A stretch of 64,000 bases of DNA from Bacilli bacterium (GCA_900753325.1 CAADYO010000009.1:151514-215513); one strand, 5' to 3'; counted from the stretch's first letter, positions 19,805-30,118 are shown. Translations and numbers: made by a program. The notes: generated by a model not told the origin, from the sequence alone.

Positions 19805-19831
19805 ACAGGAACTTTAGTTCTTGTTTTTTTA
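19805..19831 (+). terminator. Rho-independent terminator after ezrA
   Basis: acaggaac-ttta-gttcttgt hairpin followed by T7. Confidence 0.55.
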
Positions 19832-19866
19832 TGATATTTTATGATAAAATAGCGCTGGTGATGTAA

Positions 19867-21051
19867 ATGGATCGTATAATTCTAATTAAATATGGAGAAC
19901 TTAGTACGAAGAAGGCTAATAGAAATTTTTTTATTAATACACTATATAATAATGTTAAAAATAAATTAATTAACTATGATGTTAAAATTAGTAAAGATAG
20001 GGCAAGAATGTATATTGAATTTAGAGATAATGAACTTGAAGATATTAAGTCTATTATTGATAGAGTATTTGGTATACATATGTATCATATTGCTTATATT
20101 GTTAATACTAATATTGATGACATAAGTAATAAAGTTGTTGAAATTTTAAAAAATGAAGTTTTTTCCACATTTAAAGTGGAAACTAAAAGAAGTTATAAGG
20201 CTTTTCCACAGGATAGTATGGAAATAAATAGAAAACTTGGTGGAGTTGTTCTTAAAAATATTGATAATGTTTCAGTTGATGTACATAATCCAGATATTCT
20301 TGTTCAAGTAGAAGTTAGAGAAAACCATTCTTATATTTATTTAAATAATTATACTGGAGCAGGTGGTTATCCAGTTGGAACTCAACCTAAAGGTATGTTG
20401 ATGTTATCTGGTGGAATTGATTCTCCTGTTGCTGGATATTTAGCAATGAAACGTGGAATTCAATTAGAAGCTGTTTATTTTGAAGCTATTCCACATACTA
20501 GTTTAGAGGCTAGAAATAAAGTTTTAGAGTTAACTAAGAAGTTAGCAGCTTATACTAATTACATTAATTTACATGTTGTTAATTTTACACCGATTCAAGA
20601 AGCAATTTATAAAAATTGTAGAAGTGATTATTGTATTACTATTATGCGTAGGATGATGTATCGTATTATGGAAAAAATTGTTAAATCTCATAATGGTTAT
20701 GTAATTATTAATGGTGAAAGCGTTGGACAAGTTGCTAGTCAAACATTAACTAGTATGGCTGTTATTAATAGTGTGACTAATGTTCCAGTTATTAGACCAG
20801 TTGCTTGCTTTGATAAGTTAGAAATAATTGATATAGCAAGGAAAATAGATACTTATGAAACAAGTATTTTACCTTATGAAGATTGTTGTACAGTTTTTGT
20901 TCCTAAACATCCAGCAATTAATCCAAAACTTGATGTTGCAATAAGGGAAGAGGAAAAGTTTGATTATCAGACTATGATTGATGAGGCTGTTGGTACAATT
21001 AATACCATTAAAGTTAGAGAAGAAGTTAATGAGTTTAAAAATTTGTTATAA
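19867..21051 (+). CDS. thiI: tRNA 4-thiouridine synthase ThiI
   Basis: ILIKYGELSTKKANR N-terminus (THUMP region) and SGGIDSPVAGY PP-loop. Confidence 0.9.
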   Translation: MDRIILIKYGELSTKKANRNFFINTLYNNVKNKLINYDVKISKDRARMYIEFRDNELEDIKSIIDRVFGIHMYHIAYIVNTNIDDISNKVVEILKNEVFSTFKVETKRSYKAFPQDSMEINRKLGGVVLKNIDNVSVDVHNPDILVQVEVRENHSYIYLNNYTGAGGYPVGTQPKGMLMLSGGIDSPVAGYLAMKRGIQLEAVYFEAIPHTSLEARNKVLELTKKLAAYTNYINLHVVNFTPIQEAIYKNCRSDYCITIMRRMMYRIMEKIVKSHNGYVIINGESVGQVASQTLTSMAVINSVTNVPVIRPVACFDKLEIIDIARKIDTYETSILPYEDCCTVFVPKHPAINPKLDVAIREEEKFDYQTMIDEAVGTINTIKVREEVNEFKNLL

Positions 21052-21120
21052 TTTACCAATGTAAAAAATGTATTATTTGTTAAAAAATTCGCAACCTATT
21101 AGTGTATAGGAGGTGAAACA

Positions 21121-21336
21121 ATGAATAATACAAAGAATTCTTCTATGAAAATGAGAGTTCCAGGTGCTAAACAAGCTATTGATAAAATGAAATATGAAAT
21201 AGCTAACGAATTTGGTGTAAACCTTGGTGCTGACGCTACTAGCCGTGCAAATGGTTCAGTTGGTGGTGAAATTACTAGACGTTTAGTACAAAATGGATTA
21301 AACCAAGTTAGTGGAAGCTATAACACAAATAAATAA
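21121..21336 (+). CDS. Alpha/beta-type small acid-soluble spore protein
   Basis: [35 protein letters not shown], the SASP germination-protease site and DNA-binding signature. Confidence 0.9.
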   Translation: MNNTKNSSMKMRVPGAKQAIDKMKYEIANEFGVNLGADATSRANGSVGGEITRRLVQNGLNQVSGSYNTNK

Positions 21337-21354
21337 GTAAATACTTTATAGCTT

Positions 21355-21390
21355 AAAAGATAGGCCGTTGGTCTATCTTTTGTTTGTTTT
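21355..21390 (+). terminator. Rho-independent terminator after the SASP gene
   Basis: aaaagatag-gccgttggt-ctatctttt hairpin followed by a T-rich tail. Confidence 0.6.
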
Positions 21391-21449
21391 ACTTTGAATA
21401 TTTTAGTTGCTGTAGTATAATATTAATAGATTGGAAATGAGGTAGGTTT

Positions 21450-22631
21450 ATGAAAATCTTATCTGTTGTAGCAGGAAATAATTCTTTAAAGTTTAGTTTA
21501 TTTGATATGGATAATTTTAATGCTTTAGCAACTGGAGTGTTTGAAAGGATTGGAATTGATGATAGTAAGTATACTATTAAATATGATGATCAAGTTATTA
21601 CACAAGAGATTGAACTAGAAGATTATGTTGCTGCTTGTCGTACTTTATTAGATAAATTAATTAGTTTAGAAATAATTAAGTCATCGTTTGAAATTGATGG
21701 TGTTGGGCATAGAGTAGCACATGGTAAAGATATTTTTAATAAATCTACTATAATTACTGATGAGGTTATTGAAAAATTAAAGGAATTAAAAGATATAGCT
21801 CCACTTCATAATCCAAGTAATATTTTAGGAATAGAGGCTTTTAGAGAGGTTTTACCAGGTGTTTTACAAGTCGCTGTTTTTGATACAGCATTTCATCAAA
21901 CGATGGATGAAGTTACATACTTATATCCTGTTCCATATTCTTGGTATAAGGATTATGGTTTAAGAAAATATGGTTTTCATGGTACTAGTCATAGATTTAT
22001 TGTTAGAGAAGTTAAGAAAATACTTAATAAGGATGAATTTAAATTAATTAGTTGTCATCTTGGTGTTGGATGCTCAGTTGCTGCTATAAAGGATGGTAAA
22101 TGTGTTGATACTTCTATGGGATTTACGCCAGTAGCTGGTATTATGATGGAGACAAGATCAGGAGATGTTGATCCATCTATTATTCCGTATATAATGGAAA
22201 AAGAAGGTAAAAACGCTTCTGAAGTAGTAGATGATTTGAATAAGAATTCAGGTTTATATGGTATGAGTGGATTTAGTGACAATATTAATGATATTATCAA
22301 CAGATCTGCTGAAGGTGATCATTTATCAACTTTGGCTAAAGAAAAATTTGTTAGAAGAATAGTTGATTATATTGCTCAGTATTATGTTTTGTTGGATGGC
22401 GCTGATATAATTACTTTTTCTGGCGATGTTGGTATTAATAACAATTCTATTAGAAAAGAAGTTTGTGAAAAACTTGGTTCTTTAGGTATAAAATTTGATA
22501 ATACAGCTAATGAGAGTATTGGGACTATGACAAAACTTAGTGCTAAAAATTCTAAGGTTTTGGTTTGGGCTATTCCTACTAATGAGGAATTATTGATAGC
22601 TAAGGATACTTATAATTTAATTAATAGATAG
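21450..22631 (+). CDS. ackA: Acetate kinase
   Basis: GFHGTSHRF motif; 393 aa; N-terminal ILSVVAGNNSLKFSLF, an ASKHA-type phosphate-1 loop. Confidence 0.8.
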   Translation: MKILSVVAGNNSLKFSLFDMDNFNALATGVFERIGIDDSKYTIKYDDQVITQEIELEDYVAACRTLLDKLISLEIIKSSFEIDGVGHRVAHGKDIFNKSTIITDEVIEKLKELKDIAPLHNPSNILGIEAFREVLPGVLQVAVFDTAFHQTMDEVTYLYPVPYSWYKDYGLRKYGFHGTSHRFIVREVKKILNKDEFKLISCHLGVGCSVAAIKDGKCVDTSMGFTPVAGIMMETRSGDVDPSIIPYIMEKEGKNASEVVDDLNKNSGLYGMSGFSDNINDIINRSAEGDHLSTLAKEKFVRRIVDYIAQYYVLLDGADIITFSGDVGINNNSIRKEVCEKLGSLGIKFDNTANESIGTMTKLSAKNSKVLVWAIPTNEELLIAKDTYNLINR

Positions 22632-22641
22632 GAAATGAAAG

Positions 22642-23610
22642 ATGTATAAGAAAATTTTTAAGGAAATTAAAAAATATGACACAATTGTAATTGCTAGACA
22701 TGTTGGAGTTGATCCAGATGCAATGGCTAGTCAGATTGCACTTAGAGATTCTATCAAATTAACTTTTCCAGAAAAAAAAGTTTTGGCGGTTGGTACAGGT
22801 AGTGCTAAGTTTGTTTTTCTAGGAAAGCTAGATAAATATGAAAAATTAAATAATGCTTTGCTTATAGTTACTGATACACCAGATAAAAAACGAGTTGATA
22901 CTGCTGCTGTTAGTGATTTTAAGTATTCTATTAAGATTGATCATCATCCTTTTATAGAAAAGTATTGTGATTTAGAATTAATCGAAGATACAGCAACTTC
23001 AGCATGTGAAGTTATTATGAAGTTAATTTTGAATACGGGATTGAAATGTAACAGGGAAATTGCTGAAGTTTTATTTATGGGGCTTGTTTCAGACTCTAAT
23101 CGTTTCTTATTTAATAGTTGTACTGCTGATACTTTTAATTTAGTAGCTAATTATTTAGCTGAATATAAATTTGACATCGCGTCTTTATATCAAAAATTAT
23201 ATGCTAGACCTTTAAATGAAGTTAGATTAGAGGGATATATATCACTTAATATGACTGTTACAGAAAATAAGCTCGGCTATATTAAAATAACAGATGAAAT
23301 TATTAATAAATTTGGTGTTGATAGTGCTTCTGCTGGTAACTTAGTTAATAATTTTAACTTTATTAATGAAGTTTTAGTTTGGGCAACTATTACAGAAGAT
23401 TTAAAGAATGATCAAATTAGAGTTTCTATTAGATCTCGTGGTCCAGGTATAAATCAAATTGCTGAAAAATATAATGGTGGTGGACATAAACAAGCATCTG
23501 GTGTTAAATTAAAAACCTTTGATGAGGCTATGTTATTAATGAAAGATTTAGATGATTTCTTAAAAAAATATAATAAAGAAGTAGAGGAGGCAATAAATAA
23601 TGGTGATTAA
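22642..23610 (+). CDS. nrnA: DHH-DHHA1 phosphoesterase (bifunctional oligoribonuclease/pAp phosphatase NrnA-like)
   Basis: IARHVGVDPDAMASQ (DHH motif I); GGGH near the C-terminus (DHHA1). Confidence 0.8.
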   Translation: MYKKIFKEIKKYDTIVIARHVGVDPDAMASQIALRDSIKLTFPEKKVLAVGTGSAKFVFLGKLDKYEKLNNALLIVTDTPDKKRVDTAAVSDFKYSIKIDHHPFIEKYCDLELIEDTATSACEVIMKLILNTGLKCNREIAEVLFMGLVSDSNRFLFNSCTADTFNLVANYLAEYKFDIASLYQKLYARPLNEVRLEGYISLNMTVTENKLGYIKITDEIINKFGVDSASAGNLVNNFNFINEVLVWATITEDLKNDQIRVSIRSRGPGINQIAEKYNGGGHKQASGVKLKTFDEAMLLMKDLDDFLKKYNKEVEEAINNGD

Positions 23611-24184
23611 AGATGCGAAATTAGATATTATTGCTACTAGGAGAAGTCAATACCCAGAGGATGGTAAGCCTGAATTTTTACTTGTAGGTAGAAGTAATGT
23701 TGGCAAGAGTAGTTTTATAAATTCAATTTTATCGAGAAAAAATCTTGCTCATACATCTTCAAAGCCTGGTAAAACTCAAACTTTAAACTTTTATAAAGTA
23801 AACGATCAATTTTACTTAATTGATGTTCCTGGATATGGTTATGCAGCAACGGATAAGAAAACGCAAGCCAAATTTGGAATGATGATTGAAGAGTACTTAG
23901 AAAAAAGAGATACTCTAAGAAGAGTATTTATGTTGATAGATTTTAGATTAAAACCAACTGAAGATGATTTATTAATGTATAATTTTTTGAAGTATTATAA
24001 TTTGCCAGTTACAGTTATAGCTACTAAAGCTGATAAAGTAGGTGGATCTAAAAAAGAAAAGAACCTAAAAGTAATTTTGGATACTCTTGATTTAGTTGTT
24101 GGTGATGACTTGGTAGTGTTTTCTAGTGTAACAAGACTTGGGGTAAAAGAAGTACTTAAAAAGATAGAAGATTTAATGGCTTAG
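23600..24184 (+). CDS. engB: Ribosome biogenesis GTPase EngB (YsxC/YihA)
   Basis: GRSNVGKSSFINSIL (G1), DVPGYGYA (G3), TKADK (G4). Confidence 0.9.
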   Translation: MVIKDAKLDIIATRRSQYPEDGKPEFLLVGRSNVGKSSFINSILSRKNLAHTSSKPGKTQTLNFYKVNDQFYLIDVPGYGYAATDKKTQAKFGMMIEEYLEKRDTLRRVFMLIDFRLKPTEDDLLMYNFLKYYNLPVTVIATKADKVGGSKKEKNLKVILDTLDLVVGDDLVVFSSVTRLGVKEVLKKIEDLMA

Positions 24185-24204
24185 TAAACTTACTAAGCCT
24201 TTTT
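24178..24204 (+). terminator. Rho-independent terminator
   Basis: ggcttagtaa-ac-ttactaagcc perfect 10-bp stem followed by TTTT; includes the engB stop. Confidence 0.65.
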
Positions 24205-24230
24205 CATATATTAGTATTAGGTGAAGAAAA

Positions 24231-24671
24231 TTGCATATAGAGATTATTTCTAATAATAAGTTTTTTATGTTTATTAATGCTAATTATGTTGATAGTTTTG
24301 AAAGAGACTCTTTAACTTTAAAGGTTAAGAATATTATTATGAAGTATAGATTAAAACTTGGACTAAAGGGATTTTATAAAGTAAAAGTTTTTGTTAATGA
24401 AAAAGTTGGCCTTTTTGTTGATATATATAAGCTTGATGATTTAGACTATTCTAATTCTTTGGACCTTAGAGTACTTATTTTTTTTGATGAGTGTGTTTAT
24501 TTTGAAACTGATGATTATTTTTTATTAGATGGTATTTCTAATGTTAGATATTATGATAGTAAATATTATTGTTTGGCTGATTCTATTGATATATATAAGT
24601 TGGTTGAATTTGGAAGATTTATTTATGGTGATGAGGTTAATAAAATGTTAGAGGATAGTTTTTGTGTATAA
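24231..24671 (+). CDS. Hypothetical protein (TTG start), function unknown
   Basis: 146-aa ORF with a GGTGAAG RBS; no recognisable motif. Confidence 0.45.
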   Translation: MHIEIISNNKFFMFINANYVDSFERDSLTLKVKNIIMKYRLKLGLKGFYKVKVFVNEKVGLFVDIYKLDDLDYSNSLDLRVLIFFDECVYFETDDYFLLDGISNVRYYDSKYYCLADSIDIYKLVEFGRFIYGDEVNKMLEDSFCV

Positions 24672-24700
24672 AAAAAGAATCTTTTTAGATTCTTTAGATA
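24672..24700. terminator. Bidirectional terminator between convergent genes
   Basis: aaagaatct-tttt-agattcttt hairpin. Confidence 0.55.
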
Positions 24701-26169
24701 ACTATAGCAATCATATTGTTAGAGCCTTTATTTACAACTTTTGTTAGTGTTGTTTGTAGTTTAAATCTTATATTATCTGGCATTAAGCTTATTTTTGACT
24801 GAATTCCTTCTTGAACAATTGAGTCTAGGCTACGTCCAAATATTTCACTTTTCCAGATTTCATTTGGATTTCTATCATGGTCTTTCATAAGATAATCGAT
24901 TAATTCTTTACATTGAACTTCGCTACCTATGATTGGTTCGAAAGTTGACTCAACATCTACTCTTATCATGTGAATAGATGGCGCAACAGCTTTTAATTTT
25001 ACACCATATCTTGGTCCTTGTTTTATAATCTCCGGTTTATCTAATTTCATATCTTCAATCGATGGTGTTGCGACGCCATATCCGGTTTGTTTTACCATTT
25101 TTAGAGCGTATTTTATTTGGTCATATTCTTTTTTTGCTATATTGAATTCTTGGAATAGAGATAATAAATCAGCTTTATTTTTAACATCTATTTTTATTAT
25201 ATCAGTTAGTGTTTTATTATATAAATCGGCTGGTGCTGTTAAATTTACTGTTACTATACCGGTTGATGGGTCAACATCCGATAAATAACTTTTTTCAATC
25301 ATTGGATTGGTTAAGAAATGGCTAATTATATTATCTATATCACGTAATTTATCTATTTCTACTACACTTTCTTTTATAGAATCAATGTAACTCTTTTTTA
25401 CTTCATGATCTGGATTTAGGATAGCAATCCATTCTGGCATATTTACTTTTACTTCTAGGACAGGGAATTCATACAAAGCTTCTTTTAGGATGTTGTACAT
25501 ATCTTTTTCATTCATGGCTTCAATACTAATAGGTAATACTGGTACTTGGTAGTTTTCTTTTAATTTTTCGGCTAGTTTTTCTGTATCTGGTAAAGTTGGA
25601 TGAGTTGTATTTAGGACGATAATGAATGGTTTACCTATATTTTTTAATTCTTCGACAACTCTATTTTCGGCTTCCACGTAATCGTTTCTTTCAAATTCAC
25701 CAATTGAGCCATCTGTTGTTACTACTATACCAATAGTAGAGTGATCTTTTATGACTTTTTCTGTTCCTATTTCAGCAGCTTCTACAAAAGGTATTTCTTC
25801 TGTATACCAAGGTGTTTTTACCATTCTAGGTCCATTTTCATCTGTTGCTCCTTGAGCTTTATCAATCATGTAGCCAACGCAGTCAATCAATCTTATATTG
25901 CAAGTAAAGTCATCTATTTTTATGTTGGCGGCATTATTGGGAACAAATTTTGGTTCGGTAGTCATTATTGTTTTTCCAGCAGCACTTTGTGGAATTTCAT
26001 CAAGTGCTCTTTTTCTTTCATATTCATCTTCTATATTTGGTACAATTAGAGTTTCAACCATTCTTTTGATAAATGTTGATTTACCAGTTCTAACGGCCCC
26101 AACAACGCCTAAATAGATATCTCCATTAGTTCTTTTTGCAATATTCTTTATTATTTCTTGTTTATCCAT
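24694..26169 (-). CDS. spoIVA: Stage IV sporulation protein A (spore coat morphogenetic ATPase)
   Basis: MDKQEIIKNIAKRTNGDIYLGVVGAVRTGKSTFIK...DEIPQSAAGKTIMTTEPKFVPNNA... is near-collinear with B. subtilis SpoIVA. Start set at the second Met, which has an AAGGAGA RBS. Confidence 0.95.
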   Translation of the reverse strand: MDKQEIIKNIAKRTNGDIYLGVVGAVRTGKSTFIKRMVETLIVPNIEDEYERKRALDEIPQSAAGKTIMTTEPKFVPNNAANIKIDDFTCNIRLIDCVGYMIDKAQGATDENGPRMVKTPWYTEEIPFVEAAEIGTEKVIKDHSTIGIVVTTDGSIGEFERNDYVEAENRVVEELKNIGKPFIIVLNTTHPTLPDTEKLAEKLKENYQVPVLPISIEAMNEKDMYNILKEALYEFPVLEVKVNMPEWIAILNPDHEVKKSYIDSIKESVVEIDKLRDIDNIISHFLTNPMIEKSYLSDVDPSTGIVTVNLTAPADLYNKTLTDIIKIDVKNKADLLSLFQEFNIAKKEYDQIKYALKMVKQTGYGVATPSIEDMKLDKPEIIKQGPRYGVKLKAVAPSIHMIRVDVESTFEPIIGSEVQCKELIDYLMKDHDRNPNEIWKSEIFGRSLDSIVQEGIQSKISLMPDNIRFKLQTTLTKVVNKGSNNMIAIVI

Positions 26170-26278
26170 ATACATTCTCCTTATACAGTAAAGATTATGA
26201 TGATATGTTGCAAAAAAGAACTTTATATATTAATTATTTTAAATTTATGATATACTTACTATAATAGAGAGGTGTTAT

Positions 26279-27274
26279 ATGAAAAAGTTTTTTTGTTTTT
26301 TGATGTCTGGGTTACTACTTTGTCAATTTATGACTACTAATGTTTTTGCTGCCGGTGAATTAGTTAATCCAGATGAAATTGTTTCTAATGCTAATAAATA
26401 TGAAGAAGGAAATTTTACTATAGAAAATGATTCTAGTAATAAACAATTTATTGTTACTATTCCTTCTAAAAGCGAAAAGAAAGCTTATCCATATATGGAT
26501 GAGTATTTTGAATATCGCAACGATAATGATATTATTACGGAAGCGGATTTAACCGCAGCTTTTACTGATTCTGTTGCTATAGCTATGATTGTTATGGGTT
26601 CTTACAGAAGTCTTGGATGTTCAGATGAACAGCTTCGGAATATAGCTTCATGGTTCGGAGGAGATGAACCAGTATTCAATTCTAGTAATTATGATAAATA
26701 TGGTATTATTATGAGTACTGATTATTATTATGTTACTATTCAAAACTCTAAAGTCTCTGGAGTATATGCTAAATATTTTAATTTTTCTTTTGAAAAGGAA
26801 AAAATGCAAAATGTAATCAAAGATTATAGTAATACAAAGAGACCAGATAGTAATGATGATTATGAATTAGGCTTTGTACCTAGCATTTCTTTCGGTACTA
26901 TTTCAGCTGATAGAATTACTATAGCGGCTAATCTTGACAAGATAGGATTTGATTCTGCACCATATTGTAATATTTATCGTTCTGAAAGTGCTGATGGTTT
27001 CTATAGACTTATTGGTTCTGTTGCATGTGATGGTACTAATTATTTATATGATAATGACGTTGTTAAAGGAAAAGAATATTTTTATAAAGCTACTATGATG
27101 GGACATAATACTTTGAGTGAAGCTTATAGTGCTACTGCTAGTGCTAAATTGAGCACACCAAGTAAAAATCCAGATACTGGTATATCTATAGCTTATGTAG
27201 TTGGCGCTTTATTATTAGTTTTAACATTTGCTTCTGTTTTGGTTTTTTATAGAAATAAATTAGAAATTAAATAA
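26279..27274 (+). CDS. Secreted surface protein with a C-terminal NPDTG sorting-signal-like anchor
   Basis: Signal peptide. C-terminus is ...SKNPDTG + 23-aa hydrophobic segment + RNKLEIK, the canonical cell-wall sorting signal architecture with an NPxTG (sortase-B-like) motif. Confidence 0.65.
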   Translation: MKKFFCFLMSGLLLCQFMTTNVFAAGELVNPDEIVSNANKYEEGNFTIENDSSNKQFIVTIPSKSEKKAYPYMDEYFEYRNDNDIITEADLTAAFTDSVAIAMIVMGSYRSLGCSDEQLRNIASWFGGDEPVFNSSNYDKYGIIMSTDYYYVTIQNSKVSGVYAKYFNFSFEKEKMQNVIKDYSNTKRPDSNDDYELGFVPSISFGTISADRITIAANLDKIGFDSAPYCNIYRSESADGFYRLIGSVACDGTNYLYDNDVVKGKEYFYKATMMGHNTLSEAYSATASAKLSTPSKNPDTGISIAYVVGALLLVLTFASVLVFYRNKLEIK

Positions 27275-27292
27275 AAAAGAGAATGATTCTCT

Positions 27293-27532
27293 TTAAAATA
27301 TATTGCCAATATCCGTCGGGATATTGTCTTTTTTTATGGCATCAATTATTTTCTGTTCTTTTTCTTTTGACACTTCTCTTCCTGTCATATCACTTATATC
27401 TCTGATTACTTGCCTTAGAGTATTTTCGTCTTTCATATCACTTTTTTGTAACTTGTCGGCAAGAGAAAGAATAGTTTCTTTGTTTATATTGGTTTTCTTT
27501 TCAACTTTTTTGAAAAAACTATCTCCAAACAT
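27293..27532 (-). CDS. Stage VI sporulation protein F (SpoVIF/YjcC family)
   Basis: FFKKVEKKTNINKETILSLADKLQKSDMKDENTLRQVIRDIS...VSKEKEQKIIDAI matches the SpoVIF pattern. RBS AGGAGGT. Confidence 0.65.
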   Translation of the reverse strand: MFGDSFFKKVEKKTNINKETILSLADKLQKSDMKDENTLRQVIRDISDMTGREVSKEKEQKIIDAIKKDNIPTDIGNIF

Positions 27533-27578
27533 AAAAAACCTCCTACCATAATTATATGTAGAAGGTTTATATTTGTTC

Positions 27579-27872
27579 TTATTGCATTCTTTTTTTTGCT
27601 AAATCCTGGCATTTTCTATTAAATTCTTCTGGTGTTATTGTTTTATTTTTTAATCTTTCATGTAACATAGCAAGTGATTTATCATACATTTGATTAGTGT
27701 TTGTAGGGTCGGTATATTTAAATGTTGATAAGTCTTTAGTTAGAAGATTATTGTTAAAATTTTCTTCAGCTGTTTTATTTTTATTAGTAAAATCTGTTTG
27801 GTTTTTTTTGTTAAAGTTAGAATTTTCAAAATTTTGATTTGGATTTGGTTTATAATTATTTCCTATTATCAT
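27579..27872 (-). CDS. Small N/K-rich protein with a C-terminal SHOCT-like motif
   Basis: RBS AAAGGAG. C-terminus reads LHERLKNKTITPEEFNRKCQDLAKKR. Confidence 0.45.
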   Translation of the reverse strand: MIIGNNYKPNPNQNFENSNFNKKNQTDFTNKNKTAEENFNNNLLTKDLSTFKYTDPTNTNQMYDKSLAMLHERLKNKTITPEEFNRKCQDLAKKRMQ

Positions 27873-27889
27873 ATAATTTGCTCCTTTTT

Positions 27890-29197
27890 CTAATCTTCAT
27901 CACTTCTATTTTTAAATTGTAAGACAATAGGTGTTCCGGTGAAATCAAAATTTTCTCTTATTTTGTTTTCTAAGTATCTTTCATAAGAAAAATGTACCAA
28001 TCCTTTACTATTTACTCGGAAAGTAAATTTTGGAGGTTTTGTGCCAGTTTGAGATGTAAAGTATATTTTTAAGCGTTTTCCTTTATATGATGGTGGTATA
28101 TTTAATTGATAGGCATCTAATATTACTTCGTTTAATACACTTGTTTTTATTTCTCTTTTTATATTTTCTGCAACTTTTATAACTTCTGGCATAAGTGTGT
28201 GTAATCTTTTCTTTGTTAGTGCTGATAAGAAAACGATTGGAGCATATGTTGCGAATTGAAATTCAGCACGCATTAATTTTTCAAATTCTTGTATACTAGT
28301 ATCTTTTACAGTATCCCATTTGTTTACAACGAATATTAAGCCTTTACCTTTTTCAATTGCATATCCCGCTATATGCTTATCATGTTCTGTAATTCCTTCT
28401 TCAGCATTTATAACTACTAGACAAATATCACTATTATCAATTGACTTCATAGATCTAAATAGACTATATTTTTCAATGCTTTCAAAAACTCTTCCTTTTT
28501 TTCGCATTCCAGCGGTATCGATTAATATATATTCTTTGTTATGATATTTTAGAACTGAATCTATGGAGTCTCTTGTTGTACCAGCGATGTTCGATACTAC
28601 AACTCGTTCCTCATTTAATAAAGCATTCATGAGACTACTTTTACCAACGTTTGGTCTACCAATGATTGAAAACTTTAATCTATCATCTTTTATTTCGTCT
28701 TTTTCTGTAAAATCATCTGTAATTGTATCCATTAGTTCTACATAACCAATATTATGAATACTACTTATTGGAATATATGTATCGAAGCCTAATTCATAAA
28801 AGTCATAGATATTGTCTGCGGCATCTTTAGCGTCCATTTTGTTTATAGCAACGATTACTTTTTTCTTGCTTCTTCTTAAAATATCTCGTATTAATAAGTC
28901 GTTTGCTGTTAGGCCATCTTTGCCATCCACCATAAATATAACAATATCAGCTTCTTTTATAGCTATTTCGGCTTGCATTTTTATTTCATTATTAAAAGTT
29001 TCATTACTAGTATCAATACCTCCAGTGTCAACTAAATAGAATTTCTTTTTATTGTATATAGCTTCTTGATATATTCTATCTCTTGTAACACCCGGTGTAT
29101 CTTCGATTATTGATACTTTTTTACCAACAATTTTATTAAATAAAGTTGATTTTCCAACGTTTGGTCTACCAACTAATGCTACTGTGGGTAAAGCCAT
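27890..29197 (-). CDS. der: GTPase Der (EngA)
   Basis: Two tandem G domains (GRPNVGKSTLFN and GRPNVGKSSLMN) plus a KH-like C-terminus. Confidence 0.95.
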   Translation of the reverse strand: MALPTVALVGRPNVGKSTLFNKIVGKKVSIIEDTPGVTRDRIYQEAIYNKKKFYLVDTGGIDTSNETFNNEIKMQAEIAIKEADIVIFMVDGKDGLTANDLLIRDILRRSKKKVIVAINKMDAKDAADNIYDFYELGFDTYIPISSIHNIGYVELMDTITDDFTEKDEIKDDRLKFSIIGRPNVGKSSLMNALLNEERVVVSNIAGTTRDSIDSVLKYHNKEYILIDTAGMRKKGRVFESIEKYSLFRSMKSIDNSDICLVVINAEEGITEHDKHIAGYAIEKGKGLIFVVNKWDTVKDTSIQEFEKLMRAEFQFATYAPIVFLSALTKKRLHTLMPEVIKVAENIKREIKTSVLNEVILDAYQLNIPPSYKGKRLKIYFTSQTGTKPPKFTFRVNSKGLVHFSYERYLENKIRENFDFTGTPIVLQFKNRSDED

Positions 29198-29316
29198 ATT
29201 ATCCCCTCCAATTCAAGTTGTATTATAGCATATAATTGTAAACTTTAAAAGAAAATTTGCTTTATTTTTAGTAACTATCTGGTTTTGTGATATACTTATT
29301 ATGGGAAGGTGATTAA

Positions 29317-30117
29317 ATGAATTTAGAAGAAAAAAAGAATAATATAGAGTGGTATGATAATCCATCTATTATTACATGGTTAATTATATTAATTATTTCA
29401 ATTATTATATTGAGTAGTCAGTCATTTTCGATTAATAGTGATATTAATGCATTAAGAATGTTTCAGGATATACTTAATCATAATATTACTTATATGATAG
29501 CTTTGGTTTATTTTATTTTATTAAAAACAAAGTTTGGTAAAAAATATTTTGATTATATTAATTTAGTTATGATAGTGGTTTTTTTCATTATATTTGTTAC
29601 TTCCATACTTACTGTTTTTCAATCTTTTAATTTAGCAACTTTGTTATCATTAGGTATACATACTTTAATACTTGTTTATTTCTTTCATATATTTTTGAGA
29701 GGAACAAGATTTTGGAAAGAGTTTAGTTTAGGAAAATCTCCTTTTAATGAACTTAGTAATGAATGGTTCTTTTATGCTATTGTTATAATTGAAGTTATAT
29801 TGTTTGCTGTAAATTTAATTTCTACGGCAACTTTTAATGGTACTGTACTTGCAACATTTGATTGTATTTATATTATTTTATTTGCTAGATATATATATTT
29901 ATATGGAGTTTATTTAGACTTTAAGAAAATTAATGTTAAAAACTCTGGTAACTTTGATAAATATAGAGAAAAAGCAAGTGAGGCTATTAATGAGGTTAGT
30001 GAAAAGGTATCTGATACTATTGATGATATAGTTGTAGATAAAAATTTGGATGAAAAAGAAAGTAAGAAAAATAAGAGTGCAGCTAAAAATAAAAAGTCAA
30101 AGGAAGGTGATAAGTAG
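29317..30117 (+). CDS. Polytopic membrane protein with a charged C-terminal tail, function unknown
   Basis: About 6 TM helices followed by a K/E/D-rich tail. Confidence 0.55.
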   Translation: MNLEEKKNNIEWYDNPSIITWLIILIISIIILSSQSFSINSDINALRMFQDILNHNITYMIALVYFILLKTKFGKKYFDYINLVMIVVFFIIFVTSILTVFQSFNLATLLSLGIHTLILVYFFHIFLRGTRFWKEFSLGKSPFNELSNEWFFYAIVIIEVILFAVNLISTATFNGTVLATFDCIYIILFARYIYLYGVYLDFKKINVKNSGNFDKYREKASEAINEVSEKVSDTIDDIVVDKNLDEKESKKNKSAAKNKKSKEGDK

Positions 30118-30118
30118 T

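Noticed and set aside
21052-21120. Sigma-G-type forespore promoter upstream of the SASP gene
   Set aside because: No convincing match to the GnATr-N17/18-CAtnnTA pattern could be found by eye. Left uncalled.
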